From Hydrurus foetidus (Eukaryota), in contig UYFQ01000069.1 in assembly GCA_900617105.1 (NCBI GenBank), positions 1 to 46,206 on the forward strand: a stretch of DNA of 46,206 nt, in the 5' to 3' direction. The position numbers and the translations under genes are program-made. The notes under the pieces are model-generated. The model saw nothing but the letters and a program-made list of their open reading frames with translations. It did no database searches and was not told where the DNA came from. This document shows, in pieces, positions 22,076 to 35,040 of the stretch; position 1 is the stretch's first letter; the number at the start of each line of letters is the position of its first letter.

Positions 22076-25000
22076 ATGATCTATTTCTTACTTCTTGTCG
22101 CAGTACTATTCAAAGAATCGTACAGCTTATCGACTCCTGTGAGGCCTGCGCTGCAACGTAAGATAGAGGTCCCCTCCGAAACACCAGTGCAGCCTATTGA
22201 TCTCATACTGTCCAGCGGCTTTTGCGCCTTTGCAAGGCAGGCAGGTGATGACTCCATCTGCTGAAGTGGAATCTAAGCACTAAATCTGGCCCTTGCTTTA
22301 GCTTTTCGAAAGGACGTATCAGTATGCATTGATTACCACGATAGTTTCTGTCTCTAAGATATCATCGCTGGCGTCCTCTTATTTTGCGATGTGTGACCAC
22401 AAAGTGTACTTGCTCACAAATGTTTCGATGCAATCGCAAGAGCAATGCATTCATAGTTGATTGTGGCAGATTGAAAATATTGATGACAACAGCGAAGTTA
22501 TGAAAAAGTGGCACTTCTATCATAAATAATCGCAGGTGTCATCGCCGCTGTTTCTGATTTCTCTATTCCCATTGACCGAGTTGTTGGTACATCCAGTGGA
22601 GCACTTGCAGCTGCTCTATTTGCAGACGGCTACGATTCCTTCGAAATTGCAACAGGTGAAGTTCTGGGAGATGAACTCCCTTCGTAATTCTGTTACATGC
22701 GACTGAGACTTCCGAAGATTCGAATGATCGATACACAATACGCATGTGCCTCTATATTTCTTGTCACAATTCTTGCTCATGTTGCACGTTTCACGCAATC
22801 CTATTCCGTCAGAGCTGAAGAGGAGAAGACCTATTCAGCTGCTGCAGCCTTCTATTCGTCTCAACCGAGGACTCTTCTCTCTCAACGGATTGGTGGCACA
22901 TCTAAGAACACTGCTGCCGAACGACTTCAGTCAACTTGAGAAACCTTTGGGTAAGAGTGAACGCGATAAAGAGTGGACTCGTTTATCAGTGCGCAGTCAT
23001 GAGGGGGTGTCAACCCGTGACGTCACATTCTGCAGACAGTCCTCACTGATAAATGATATGATACTCGTTCTTATCGATTGCCTTCGTACCATCCCATATA
23101 AATTGTGTGAACTGTTCCACCGCACGGTATCAATTTCCTCGATCTCAGTTCTATCCACTACATCGCTCCACCTTGCATCACTCATCAGTCACTCCGATTG
23201 ACCTACACCCTGTAAAAGCTCTACTTACTCTATCCAGAATGAAATAAATCTACCATTATCGATCCTAATCTCACTCCGCACACACTCTTTTCCCTTATAT
23301 TCTACTACTCGTCTCATCTTCGCAGCGGTCGGTGTGTTCGAGACGGAGTCCGGTATCTTCCGGCTAATATCTGACGGGGACTTACCGTCAGCAGTAGCCG
23401 CATCCTGCGCAATCCCGTATATATTCCAGGCTGTAAAAGGTGTTTTTAATATGCCTGTTGTCCTCAGGCGTGTGTTTGTCAGTTGTTGATTTGCCTTTTA
23501 TTTTTCTCTCACTCTCTCGCCCCCTCTACCTCCCTTATTCCTCTCAGCTTTCTCACCCCCTGTAAAACTCACTCTTTCTACTCTGTACCTATCTTTCTCT
23601 TCACCTCCCCTTCTTGCTTACTTTTATCATTTCTCCATGATAATTTCATCGTTATATCCCCATCTATCTGTCTGAAGGACCGTCAGTAAATCGTAGCCAC
23701 CCTAAGTCAAACCTACTTCACTTCATCTCATATCATATCATCTCTTGCCGTACGTTTCCTCGAACTTGTACCACTCACGACTCTCAAAATGCGTCATACT
23801 TCTTATCAATTGCACGGTCGACTGATTTTATTTCCTCCCTTTTCTTTCTTACAGCCGGTAACCCCCCTGTGTTCATGGCCGATGGCGGATTCAAAGACAG
23901 ACTCGGTGAGTTCCTTAAGTGATGTCATCAGCATGCATTGATGTCATCAGCATGCATTGATGTCATTGGCATGCAGACACTAGGTCTAATCATCCGCATC
24001 AAATACTCGGATAGGAATGGTTCTATTTACAGCACGTACGGATGCACATCTCAAAATCGTTTCCTACTCTGCACCACATGATCACACTAACCATCTCATC
24101 TCTTCTTCCATCGCATGCACGTATCGCATGCTATTTATTTGATCATGTGATGCCATCAATCTAGACGATGTCACGTCGAATGGTAAATGGCTGGATGCTA
24201 TATGGTCCCCACACACCCAGGCATCCCTCTCTTTCTCTCCCTTACTTCTCGTTCTCATCCTAACTCTAACTCACACCCATCCCTCACACTCACCAAAACT
24301 CTCTCCATCTACTCCCCACACTCCCAGGTATCTCAGCGTGGGCCGATTGGTCAGGCGCATCCTCTCAAAGTCCTCGCAGAGCAATCGTCAACCTAGTCGG
24401 AACACCAGCGACAAATGCTGAGCCGATGTAAGAACGGTCTACCACAGCACCAGTTTATTTGACAATCAGTCAACGTTATATTCAGTCTATATGATAATCA
24501 GTCTATGAGATAATCGATGTCGATGACGATCACTTTCTGAAACAATCAGCATAAATCGTAAGGCGTAAAAATTATCTATATGATAAGTCTATGTGATAAC
24601 ACGTGATAGTATCTGAGATTACTTGTGTCCAATTATTTATTTTTATTGACGATATTTTTAGCATTCTGTGTAGTTCTTCACTCTGTCTCTATGTCAGACA
24701 AAGATCGGGATTTTGTTTCAGACTGCAGTACACTACACTACATTAGACTTCGCTACTTATTCCGCTTTATTGCTATCGTTCAGACTTTAGTCCCATCCCA
24801 TCCCATCAAATCATAACTCATTATCATCACTTCAATCATCAATAAATTTTTTACATTTTATCACTTCACTTTTCAGAATGACGAGGGAACAAATCTACCA
24901 CGAGTTCCTCCTGCCCAATCCCCTCGCACAGTCTTCCAAGAAAGAGACCATCGCGGAGTGCCTGCTGTCCCCCTCTAAAGAGAGACACATCATCGTTCCA

Positions 25001-25443
25001 CCAGCTGACACCTCGCTGTTTGTAGTGCGCACTCCGAAAGCAGATGCGTCACTGCTCTCTTTAAAGGATTTTGAAAATCAAGTACGGCATCGGTGTAGTA
25101 GACGCTGTGACATGATGTGATGTGACGTGGTGAGATGTGATGTGAGGTAGTGTGATGAGATGAGATACAGTGTCGTGTGATGCAATGTAGTGTAAAGTGG
25201 TGATTTGTCGATATTTGACACAAACTCTGCTTTCTACCGTGCTGGACTCCGTTTAACATCATTCATTCGACCCCCATACTTCTCTGTCTCTCTCTGTCTT
25301 TACTTCAATCGCTTCCCTCCCCCGCAGTCATCCCACAATGACCCATTCTCATTCTGTCTCCCTCACAGCGGCTGGTCGCGTATGCTCTCGCAGCGAAGGG
25401 ACTTACGAGCCCCGAGTTCAAATCATTCATATCGCAGGAATAG
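22076..25443 (+). CDS. Patatin-like phospholipase with N-terminal signal peptide, 8 exons
   Basis: Spliced motifs LILSSGFCAFARQAG (glycine-loop position), GTSSG (GxSxG), AASCAIP and ADGG. Phase-consistent GT-AG introns; TAG at 25441-25443. Confidence 0.85.
23920..23975. repeat. 19-bp tandem repeat x3, intronic
   Basis: Unit TGATGTCATCAGCATGCAT. Confidence 0.85.
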
Positions 25444-26339
25444 TTGGAAGAAGTCATCGAACGGCTGAATAAAGTACACTGAAAGGATCCACACATACGC
25501 ACGCACATACAGTCACATATCAATCGCCCTGAGAAGCAGACAATCGAACTGATGGATAGACACGCTATCTGACTGACTGTATACATAGAGGAAATATATG
25601 TGCATCTTTGACACTTAAAGTTGCGGAAACTTGTATAGTGGCGGAAAACTTGACGTGCTCACCCCCCGCCCCAATACAGTGGATTCGGCGCAAAGCAGAG
25701 TTTGTCGCGCTCACCAGATGCATTCTAAAAATTGATCACATTACAAGTTTGCCTGTCATCTGCTGACGATTGATACATTGGCGGACCGATCTGCATCATT
25801 TTGTTTCGGCACACTCTGAGACTGGCTTCATAAGATAAATCGTGTGCTCAAGTAATGCCTGATATTTAAGTTGTGGCTAATGTAACCGCTGTCACACACG
25901 AAGGTCTTCGATGACTTCACAAGAAGGGTAATTAATCTCCGCATCATTACTCATAGAGAAGCACGTGTAGATATGCACACACGAAAGAAATACAGTATTC
26001 GGCAGACATCTCGTCCATAGAGCGGATTCGATTGATCCGTACTGGGGACATGGATGTAAGTCGGAGGCTTATGCGCCCACATGTCATCAAATTTCAAAAA
26101 TGAAGACAGTCGGCGCAGAAGTCGAGCAAAGGAAAAGTGGGTATTCATGAATCAAAGAAGCGACAAGTTCAGCCCCATTCGGGAGTACTTCGCGCTCAAA
26201 TAAATGTCGGGTTAAAAAAACGACGAAGTGCTTCGTCTCCTGATGTCAGAGATAACGCCGTAGAGCAATAACACTCCTGCTCATTGAACACGACATGCCG
26301 TTGGAGCGACAGTCAGTGTTCTTGTAGGTTGCGGTTCAG

Positions 26340-28376
26340 GTTGCAGAGTTGAGCGTGTCAGTCAAGAATGCAGAGGTTGTCGTTGTTTCTTGTTGTGAGG
26401 GAGCATCTGTTGGAGACGCTGAGGGTGTTCCAGTTTGTAATACTTATAGAGCTTAGATGATTGTGTAGATGCTGGTGTCCTTGTTGGTGTTACTGTTGGT
26501 GTCTTCGTTGTTGGTGATACAGAGGGTGTCCATGTTGGTGTTACTGTTGGTGTGGCTGTTGGCAGTTTCGTTGGTGTGGTGTCTTCGTTCGCGATACTGA
26601 CGGTGTAGCAGTAGGTGCCTTCGTCGGTGAGGCTGAGGGTGTATCTGAGGGTCTAGTTGTTGGTGCAGCAGTCGGTGTCCTCGTTGGTTTTACTGTTGGT
26701 GTTACTGTTGGTGTCTTCGTTGGTGTGGCTGTTGGTATCTTCGTTGGTGTTACTGTTGGTGTCCTCGTTGGTGTTACTGTTGGTGTTTTTGTTGGTGTTA
26801 CTGTTGGTGTTTTTGTTGGTGACACTGAAGGTGCAGCTTTTGGTCTCCTCGTTGGCGATGCTGAGGGTGTAGGAATGGAGGTCACAGCCGCAGAAGGTGC
26901 TCGTGACGGCACAGGCGTAGCTGTCGGCAATGTTGATTGATCACGTTAGATGGCGTATCCACATCAATATTATCTACATGAACAAGCAAGCATCGCATAT
27001 CGTAACAAATCTCACCTGCGCTCGATGGTGCCGCTGTAGGAATGGAGGTGACAACCGTAGGAGGTCTAGCTACCGGAGAGGCGGACGGCCTTGATGTTAC
27101 ATTCAAAGTCAATATCACGCTCCTGATGACATTGTTGAAGGTGTCGGAGATGTACATCATGCCCGAGAACGCATCGATGTCAACGCTGTACGGATCATAA
27201 AGCATCGCAAGTACTGCTGGTCCCCCGTCACCACTGTACCCACTTTTGCCAGTGCCTGCGACAGTAGTGATGATACCCGTGGTCTTTGTGATCATACGCA
27301 TGACGTTATTGACCCCCTCACATATGTAGATATTGTCCGTAAGTGCGTCAATAGCTACATCAGTGGGGTAGAATAGCGTCGCTGATGTCGCTAGACCTCC
27401 ATCACCACTGTATCCTTCAGTGCCGTTACCAGCGATGGTGGTGATGATGCCTGTGCTCTTCGTGATCATTCGTATAACATTGTTGTAAGGGTCGGCGAAG
27501 TATACGTCGCTTGTGACAGCTGCGATAGTAATACCCTCCGGATATCGTAATGAAGCTAATGTAGCTGGACCTCCATCACCGCTGTACCCATACTGGCCAG
27601 TACCAGCAATGGTGGTGATGACACCCGTACTTTTTGTGATCATTCGTATCACATTGTTTCTCCCGTCAGTGATGTACAAGTCACCGGTACTCGGATCCAC
27701 ATGAATTCCTAGCGCGAAAGATAAGGTAGCCTCTGTTGCTAGCCCTCCATCACCACTGTACCCAGCAAAGCCAGTGCCTGCAATTCTGCTTATTACTCCT
27801 GTGCTCTTCGTGACCAAGCGGATGATGTGGTTGCCACCGTCGGCGATATACAAATCACCAGTGAAGGGATCGATAGCGACATCTGTTCGGTATGACAATC
27901 TGCTTGATGTTGCCAGCATAGCATCCCCATCATAACCAGGTTTTCCAGTCCCTGCTACAGTTGTGATGATGCCGGTGCTTTTCGCGACCATGCGAATGAC
28001 GAGATTGTAGTGAGAATCGGATACGTATAGATCGCCTGATAAAGGATCAATCGCCATGCCATTTGATGACCCCATTTCAGCTGCTGTTGCTGGCCCGCCA
28101 TCTCCACTGTAGCCTTCGCTTCCATTGCCGACATAAGTGAGGATCGTTCCAGCAGCTGCTGAGAGTAATTTCGTTGTTGCGTCATCGCGTGTTCGACCGC
28201 GATGCAATTTGTCGGCATCAATCTAAGGTGACAAGAGATCAATTAGATATGAAACGCACCGCTAGACAGACGCTTGATGGTTGCGCCAGCCGCGCAAGCT
28301 TTGAGGTTAAAATGCTACATCCGACCTGATTTGCGGCGAAAGTCAGGGCGACAAGAAATATAAAAACTACTCCCAT
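26340..28376 (-). CDS. Secreted/surface NHL-repeat (beta-propeller) protein with Pro/Thr-rich tail; tail apparently frameshifted
   Basis: Signal-like [17 protein letters not shown]. About six ~57-aa repeats ([23 protein letters not shown]...LYIAD..Nx[16 protein letters not shown]). Intron ~26922-27015, then (TPTKTPTV)n. The 3' boundary is uncertain. Confidence 0.8.
26470..26830. repeat. 12/24-bp coding minisatellite (PT repeat)
   Basis: Units such as GTGTTACTGTTGGTGTCTTCGTTG. Confidence 0.9.
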
Positions 28377-28517
28377 TTTGATATGTTGCGGTGACGGCAA
28401 CGCCATTAATCGAAATTGGTGAAGGTTGCGTGATGAAGCTACCTCATGCACGGTTCGGTCTTCGCAATCAAATGAGTTGAGTTGTCGTCCGTTCTCCCTT
28501 TCATCTGCTGTAGACTA

Positions 28518-29097
28518 CAGGCTGATGACGTCAAGAACCGTAAAAATCTCTCAAGGGAAAATAAACTAAAAACTGAACCGTCCACCTAAATTTCCGGGGA
28601 AATCGAAATCCGTCCAAAAATTCTAAAACCGCTTTCACAAGAACTTCATGGTTTTCACGAATCATGATCCTTCGTCATAACCGGGTTTTCTCTTTGTCAG
28701 ATTTCGGTTTCAGAAATATTTTCGTCGATTTTTTCTGAATACGGAAATTCAGAGTATGACGAATTTGAAATATTGTTTCCCAATTAGCGTATCTTTGGTG
28801 AGGCTTTGTGCCAACATCAACAGAGCGAAATGTTCACAGCTGACAGGTCTACAACGTGGCGCAAATCGTTTAGGCTGCGAATCGGTATTGGCGACTGTAG
28901 AGCTCTTCCAAAAATGAAATGAGACGGTTTTTGGGTTCAAAAATTCGAATTTCTAATTTTCATTCTTAACGATTTGCGCCACTCCATCGAGAAGAAAATT
29001 TTCGTTCTTTTGAGCTATAAACAAGAAGAAACTGTCCAGTCAAAGATACGCAATTTCAATTTGACTGATTTTTACCCCTCTAGGCGTCATCAGCCTG
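28518..29097. mobile_element. MITE, Tc1/mariner-type (TA TSD)
   Basis: TA|CAGGCTGATGACGTCAAGAACCGTAAAAATC ... GATTTTTACCCCTCTAGGCGTCATCAGCCTG|TA, imperfect ~30-bp TIRs. Confidence 0.82.
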
Positions 29098-30054
29098 TAC
29101 AAAAAACAAAAAACAAAAGAAACAGCAATTCCGTGTTGTCGTGGAAAGTGCGGTAGAAACTGCCGTTATTGCAGCGGAATGGACAACTATATCCTTCCTG
29201 GGTATGCACTCCTTCTGCACTTCAACACGTTCGCTAGCAGCTCAACTGGGCTCAAAGTCAAAGCTCTGCTAGTGCGAAGTTAAGGGTAATTAACGACGCA
29301 ACATGGCCTACATTGTTCATGGAGACAAGTTCGCTGTGTCCAGCACAGTCAAACATGGTGCACTGTCATCATTTTGATGTTCCTGGGGGTTAAAGGAACT
29401 AGGACCGGTGGAGTAGCGACCCCCACACAGCACACGACGGTGAATTGTCAAAAATCTACCGTCGAGTGCCATATGTTTTGTTTTCAATTAGTATGGTGTG
29501 GGGTAAAATAAGGGCGTTAGAGCTTATTTCTTCGATCATCGATATCATCGAGTATATTGACAGCATCATCTACTCTTTCAGGTACAACTCGACCAATCAT
29601 CCAAGTATAACGATACTTCTTTCCAACCTGCGATCTTGAGAAGAGGAGCTAATAGGAGACTTTTCTTCAAATAATTTCTCGCTTTCTTCGTGCCACTTTT
29701 CCGAGGTAACAAAACCTCAATTATTTGCAGATGATTTGGTCAACGCTTATTAATGAAGCACTTCCATCTGGATTCTGAGTCCCAAATTTTGGGAAACACT
29801 CTTTTATACTCTCAGTACCAATTTTCAGCTGTCAAAATCAGACGTCCCTAATACGCCAAATTTTCCAGGCTAAATTCCAGAATGAGAGTTATTCTTGCTT
29901 TCAACTCTCATGGTGGGGGCACCTTTGCCCTAAGAAAGGAATTGAAAGCCGAGAGACGAACGATATGTGAACTGCGGAGACAACCCGACAATCAGTTCGG
30001 TAAGAATCGAACTGTTGTGCAGAAAATATCATTTCACATGGAGACTTCCTACAC

Positions 30055-30471
30055 ATGTCCAAAATGAAGCGTTGCATTACCAGTAGTTTATATTCAATTA
30101 CGATCCGTACAAGCCATAACTGTCACACATCATGGTTTACAGACTCAAAGAGTGTCCAGATCATAGCTCCTGAGGAAACGGCAGCAACATTTCCTGCAAA
30201 TTATTTGTTGGGTGAAAGACTTGGCAACGTGAGCCGGGAAGTGGCTTCCGTCCTATCTGATCTAATGGATATAAAAAGCTTGTCGTTGGATGAGAGTAAT
30301 GTTTATGATATTGGTTTTAGATTTGTATGTGAACTTGTTGAGGATACAAATCTCAAGCGCGAGGGATTCAAAAGTAGAATCTTGGTTTACTCCCTGAATT
30401 CTGATCAGTGGACTAAAAAGTTGTATGATGTTTTGAAAATAAAGAAAATGAAGGGACTAAAAATCATTTAA
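30055..30471 (+). CDS. Hypothetical ORF convergent on the pogo-like transposase
   Basis: 138-aa ORF ending in the AT-rich tail shared with the transposase; no recognisable domain. Confidence 0.3.
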   Translation: MSKMKRCITSSLYSITIRTSHNCHTSWFTDSKSVQIIAPEETAATFPANYLLGERLGNVSREVASVLSDLMDIKSLSLDESNVYDIGFRFVCELVEDTNLKREGFKSRILVYSLNSDQWTKKLYDVLKIKKMKGLKII

Positions 30472-30539
30472 AACTAAATGCATCCTGTTCTAATTGATTA
30501 TTCAAATAACTTAAGCAATAAAATCAACAATCAATTTCT

Positions 30540-32950
30540 ATTTTTAATTTTCGGTATCATCGTCGCTGTCACTATCGGTCTCCAAACTGTCATCATAGTT
30601 TACATAATGACTTAAAACAGCTCTCTCCAAGTATTCGTTACATCTATTTCTTCGTCTTCATCACACATGTCTAATGTTCCTTCCAGTACAACTGACAGAG
30701 TTCCACATAATTGCTCTTTCTTGTATTTAAGAAATGTGACAGGTTCGTTTCTGTCACCTTACATTATCGGGAGTGTTCCTGTTTTAATGAATGTCCTGTT
30801 CACACAATCTTTAAATTTCTCCTCAATGAATTGTTCTTTGAATAATAATATGAGATCTTGTTTTCCTTCCAACATAGTAGGCTTCGGAGGGTTGAATGCC
30901 AAATTCTTGCGCTGACCCAAGGGGAGCTTACTATCATTGGTTCTGTCTGCTTTATAGACTTGAAAACTTCTGTATAATCTGTTTTCTCTATTTGTTCTTA
31001 TATGCGCTTTCAGGGGACCATTGACCACAAGGTCTAGGACCTGAAGTTCTCCAGTCATATTTTTCGGTAAAAATACAACATCACCCCCAATTTCATTAAT
31101 AACATCCATTACGCTTGTTGTCTTGTGACTTCCACAATTGTCACACCATTCTTTTCTTTTAACGGCTTTATGACAACTTCGAACCACAACACCATTCACA
31201 TGGTGTCATTCCATGCCTTGTACTGACTCGTAATAATATGACCTGTAACATCGTGTATTTGGTACAATATTTTGTGCATTGCTGTGATGTTCTTGATGGT
31301 TAATTGTTTTTTCCGTTCTTTCAGTCTCCAACCATCATTCACAGTATATCCTTGCTTTTTCTTTAAATCTCGTATTACTGTCATCATTGTTTGGTCAGCT
31401 TCGGAACTTATTGAATGTTTTATTATTATCATCAGCGGGGCGAATGTTCCTTCGGCGTTAATTGCAATCACTGCTGTTATTCTCAGCTTCGTATTTGATA
31501 TTCCTATATTCGTCGCTCGTGTTTGATTTACTGGGCAATAGAGGTGTGTAGGACCGATAGACCATGTGAACGCAGTTTCATCAAAGTTATAACTCGTTTT
31601 CGCGGTGTGTCCGTTTTCGATATATTTTTGCTGACCTATGTTCAATACAGACGCAATTTTTTCATCAGTTGGCACCTCCTTGTCCTCCCGTGTTATTTTT
31701 CTTCTTGTGACACTGCCTCTAGTCAGGAACCCTTTTATCCATTTATTTGAGAATTTCATACTTTTAGTTTCAGCGTTATCTATCCAGTATCTACTCTCTT
31801 GAACAGCTTTTGCTGACGTTTCGACAATTGCATATGAGTAAGTGACATTAACGACAACTCTTACGTCCTTTTTATTGTCCTAGGATGAATAAATATTAAC
31901 AATAATAATAATAAATAATTAATAATAAGTAATAAATAATAAAGTTGAGGTAAAACTGAAATATAATGTGTTGTACATATATATAACTGACCTCATTTTC
32001 ACTTTTTTCAAAAATGCATAACATTAGATTGGCCCACTCTTCAGATTCAAATTTCTCATTAATTTTACGACTAGGTTTGTCAGATGTGCTATCTCGAGAT
32101 GTGTACCATCTATTAAAAGTCCTTTCAGAAGCTTGTGAATAGTAAGGAAATTCAGATAAAATCTGAGCTGTTGTTAAAATTGAAATATTGTTCACTTCTT
32201 TGTAATCTCTTCTACTTGCGACTTCCCTCACAACCTCGAGAAGATTCAACATACTAGTTTGATCGTCTTCACCGAAAACGATGTACTTCCGTGGAAGTTC
32301 AGCTGTCGCTTGAATTATTTTTTCGTCATTCTCAATATTGTTTTTAATCACATCTAATTCTTATCCTTCTTCTTCACCTTCAGTTTCTTCTATATTGTTC
32401 TCTTTATCATCATCATCTCTAGCATCGAATTTTCTTTTTCTATCAGAAGAAATTTTCACTGCTGACTGTAAGTAGAATAGCGAGTGTTTCTCACCAAATT
32501 TCTTTTCTGCTGATTTTACTAATATTCCCGTACTCGTACGTATCGCCTTTTTTTGGAGCTTCGATGGTGGTTTTCGCACAACTCTATGTTTTTTTTCGTC
32601 GGTATTTAGATTCTACCATTCTTTCTCTTAGATTTGAAAGCGATTCGTTCTTGGGAGGATTATTGCTGTAACTGCCGAACTTGACTTCTATTATTCTTTG
32701 AGCACCTATGAAGTCAAAGAAATCGGGAATCGCTTTTGACAGAGTTGCAACTAGAACTGCAACAAGTCCCGTTTTGTTCAGCTGTTTCTGAAACAGCGAT
32801 AACCCATGTGAGAGGGCAGCACAGTTGACATACAGATCTGCTGACTGCGAGGATGGCTGTTTGTTCAAAATCTCGCTGATATCCGTAGCTGTCCATTGAA
32901 TTTCGCTACAAAACAATCTTTCCTCAAATCTAACTTACATAATTGCCACC
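30540..32950 (-). pseudogene. pogo/Tc5 (DDE_1, CENP-B-like) transposase, disrupted
   Basis: FSNKWIKGF (CENP-B-type HTH end), YNFDET, KLRITAV, AWNDT, WCDNCGSH and LPKNMTGELQVLDLVVNGPLK. Several frameshifts/stops and AT-rich introns; acidic C-terminus. Confidence 0.8.
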
Positions 32951-33923
32951 ATGAATGCACAGTAGTCGACAGATAATTGAAATTCCTTCGACTTCCCCCG
33001 TTTTTTGCCTTGAAATGAGAAATATGTATATGGCAGTGAGAGTTGGGGGGCGTCTGATTTCCAGTTGATAAAAATAATTTTGAGCACTTTTGAGAATCGG
33101 AATCAATGCTCAGATCTTACTCATGCTCTGTGGCTGCGCTGTGAACAGCTCTGAAGATGGCAATCAGCAATAAAAGTGGAATTCAATAGAAGCAAATATG
33201 GAGTTCTGCGCAACAGCTGTTCAGAGGAAATTTGACTACACCAATCGCCAGGAAGCAGTAGAATAGAAGGCACTGCTCACAATTCCCAGGTGATCAATAT
33301 CGATGATAATATCGAGCCATCTATATTATGTACTTCTGAGGTGAGGACCTTTATTAGTACCTATTTAGTGACTTTGGTATCTAATTTACATGGAATCAGC
33401 ATCAAAATTAATTAAGTATAATCTAAAAAGTGTAAATCGATCAACAAATATTTTGAAATATTTTCTTTCTCCCTATAATGAAATGCTGGTCGAATTCCTG
33501 ATTAACTTATGTCACAATCGATACAAATATTCTAACAAAAATGTATTGTTACAATTTTTTTGAATGATTAGTGCGAGGCTGTTATTGAGTTCAAATCTGA
33601 AGTAAAGCGAAGGGACTCTCACTTAGAGATTTATCGGAGGTAATTACAATACTCTTTTCATCTCCTTGATCGCTATCGATACTCCATCTTTAATTCTGTT
33701 TTATTTGTGTATCATCTTATGCAATACTGTTGTAGCCTTATTGCATCTCTAGGGGGATACAATGTGTCTAGATTAACTAGGTACAATAGGTACAATACGC
33801 CCAGATTCCAGTTTTAGGTCATAGTTCCAGATAGATCTCCCGCCCTGTTAGGAGACTGTACATCACCTATCCTTTAACTGTAACCAATAATCACAACGTT
33901 AATCCTTCTAACGACGTCTTCCC

Positions 33924-34700
33924 TTGTCCCACGCCTTCGCGCTCCAAACACCGAAATCTCCGTCGTCCGTCCTAGGCCCCGCTTCAGGCCATAATATCGA
34001 TATTTCGGTCGTCACCGAAGTTTCCTCCGAGAATTTGTATTCCTCTTTTCGACTGTTACCTTCGTCTCCTTGCAACATTCCCCGTCATGTCAAAGTTAAG
34101 GCGGTATGTTGCCAGGAAACAAAAACCAGCTCCATCAATGCCCTACGACGACAACAGCAGCCTCCTAGAGCTGTTGCCGTCGCCTTCCGACAATGTTATG
34201 ATGACCAGAGTCTCCTGTGCCACTTGCGGCTTAGGACCCTGCCGGCGATCTGTCTGCACCGATTCCTCAGCGGAATTCGGAGCCTGCGGTCATGTCTGCC
34301 GTTGATGTCCCTGTCGTTTCAGCGTTGTCTGCCTTGTCATTGCAACCAGCTTCGGCTGCGATACCAGATTCAAGTGCGACCCCAGCTTCGAGATTCCTAT
34401 TCCAAGGACGATGGCACCATCCCAGCAATATGTGCAGACGGGTGAGAGAGCTCCTAAGTTGAGCGCCGTGCCCTCTCGTCAGGAAGTACTACGGGTAATG
34501 GAAATTCTCCTTTCAAATGGAAATCCATTTAAACCAACAAATGTAGTTCATGTTTCCAACCATCAATCGTTCACAACGCTTCTCAAGCGTAAGTTCGCGA
34601 CTGATCCCGATCGTCGCGACTCCTGTAACGATTGGAAACATTGGAGTACTCAATTGTTCTGTAGAGAACTTAATATCACATTTCCTACATCAGCTGTCAA
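33924..34700 (+). other. Fragment of unidentified ORF, possibly retroelement gag-like leader
   Basis: Pro/Ser-rich broken ORFs ending abruptly at the junction with the Copia 3' UTR; no diagnostic motif. Confidence 0.3.
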
Positions 34701-35040
34701 TTCACTAGCAACAACGAAGACACCAACAGTAACATTCACTAGCAGCAACATTTATCTTCACACAATCGTTTTCTTACTCCTTTCGTCTCATTTACATTCA
34801 CATTGCTTACTTCAGCTTATTTTTACCTCACCATCATAATATGACAGATTGAGAGGGTGTGTTCATGTATGTACATACAATCATCCGATCTTGATCTTGA
34901 GCACTGCAATCTGTCATTGTGTCTCCACTCCTGCTTCCTTCATAACTTAATCTAAACCAACGTAAATTTGCACTCATCGGTTTACAGTTCATCACTGAAC
35001 GTTCTTCAGTCAGTCTCCAGCGGATCAATAGTTTGGATTA

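Noticed and set aside
26657..26940. Hydrophobic plus-strand ORFs (VLLLV / VGVTVGV repeats)
   Set aside because: Antisense shadows of the PT-repeat coding strand.
33740..33920. Possible PPT (AGGGGGA) plus LTR of a Gypsy element
   Set aside because: No second copy, clear TG...CA boundary, PBS or TSD found in the window.
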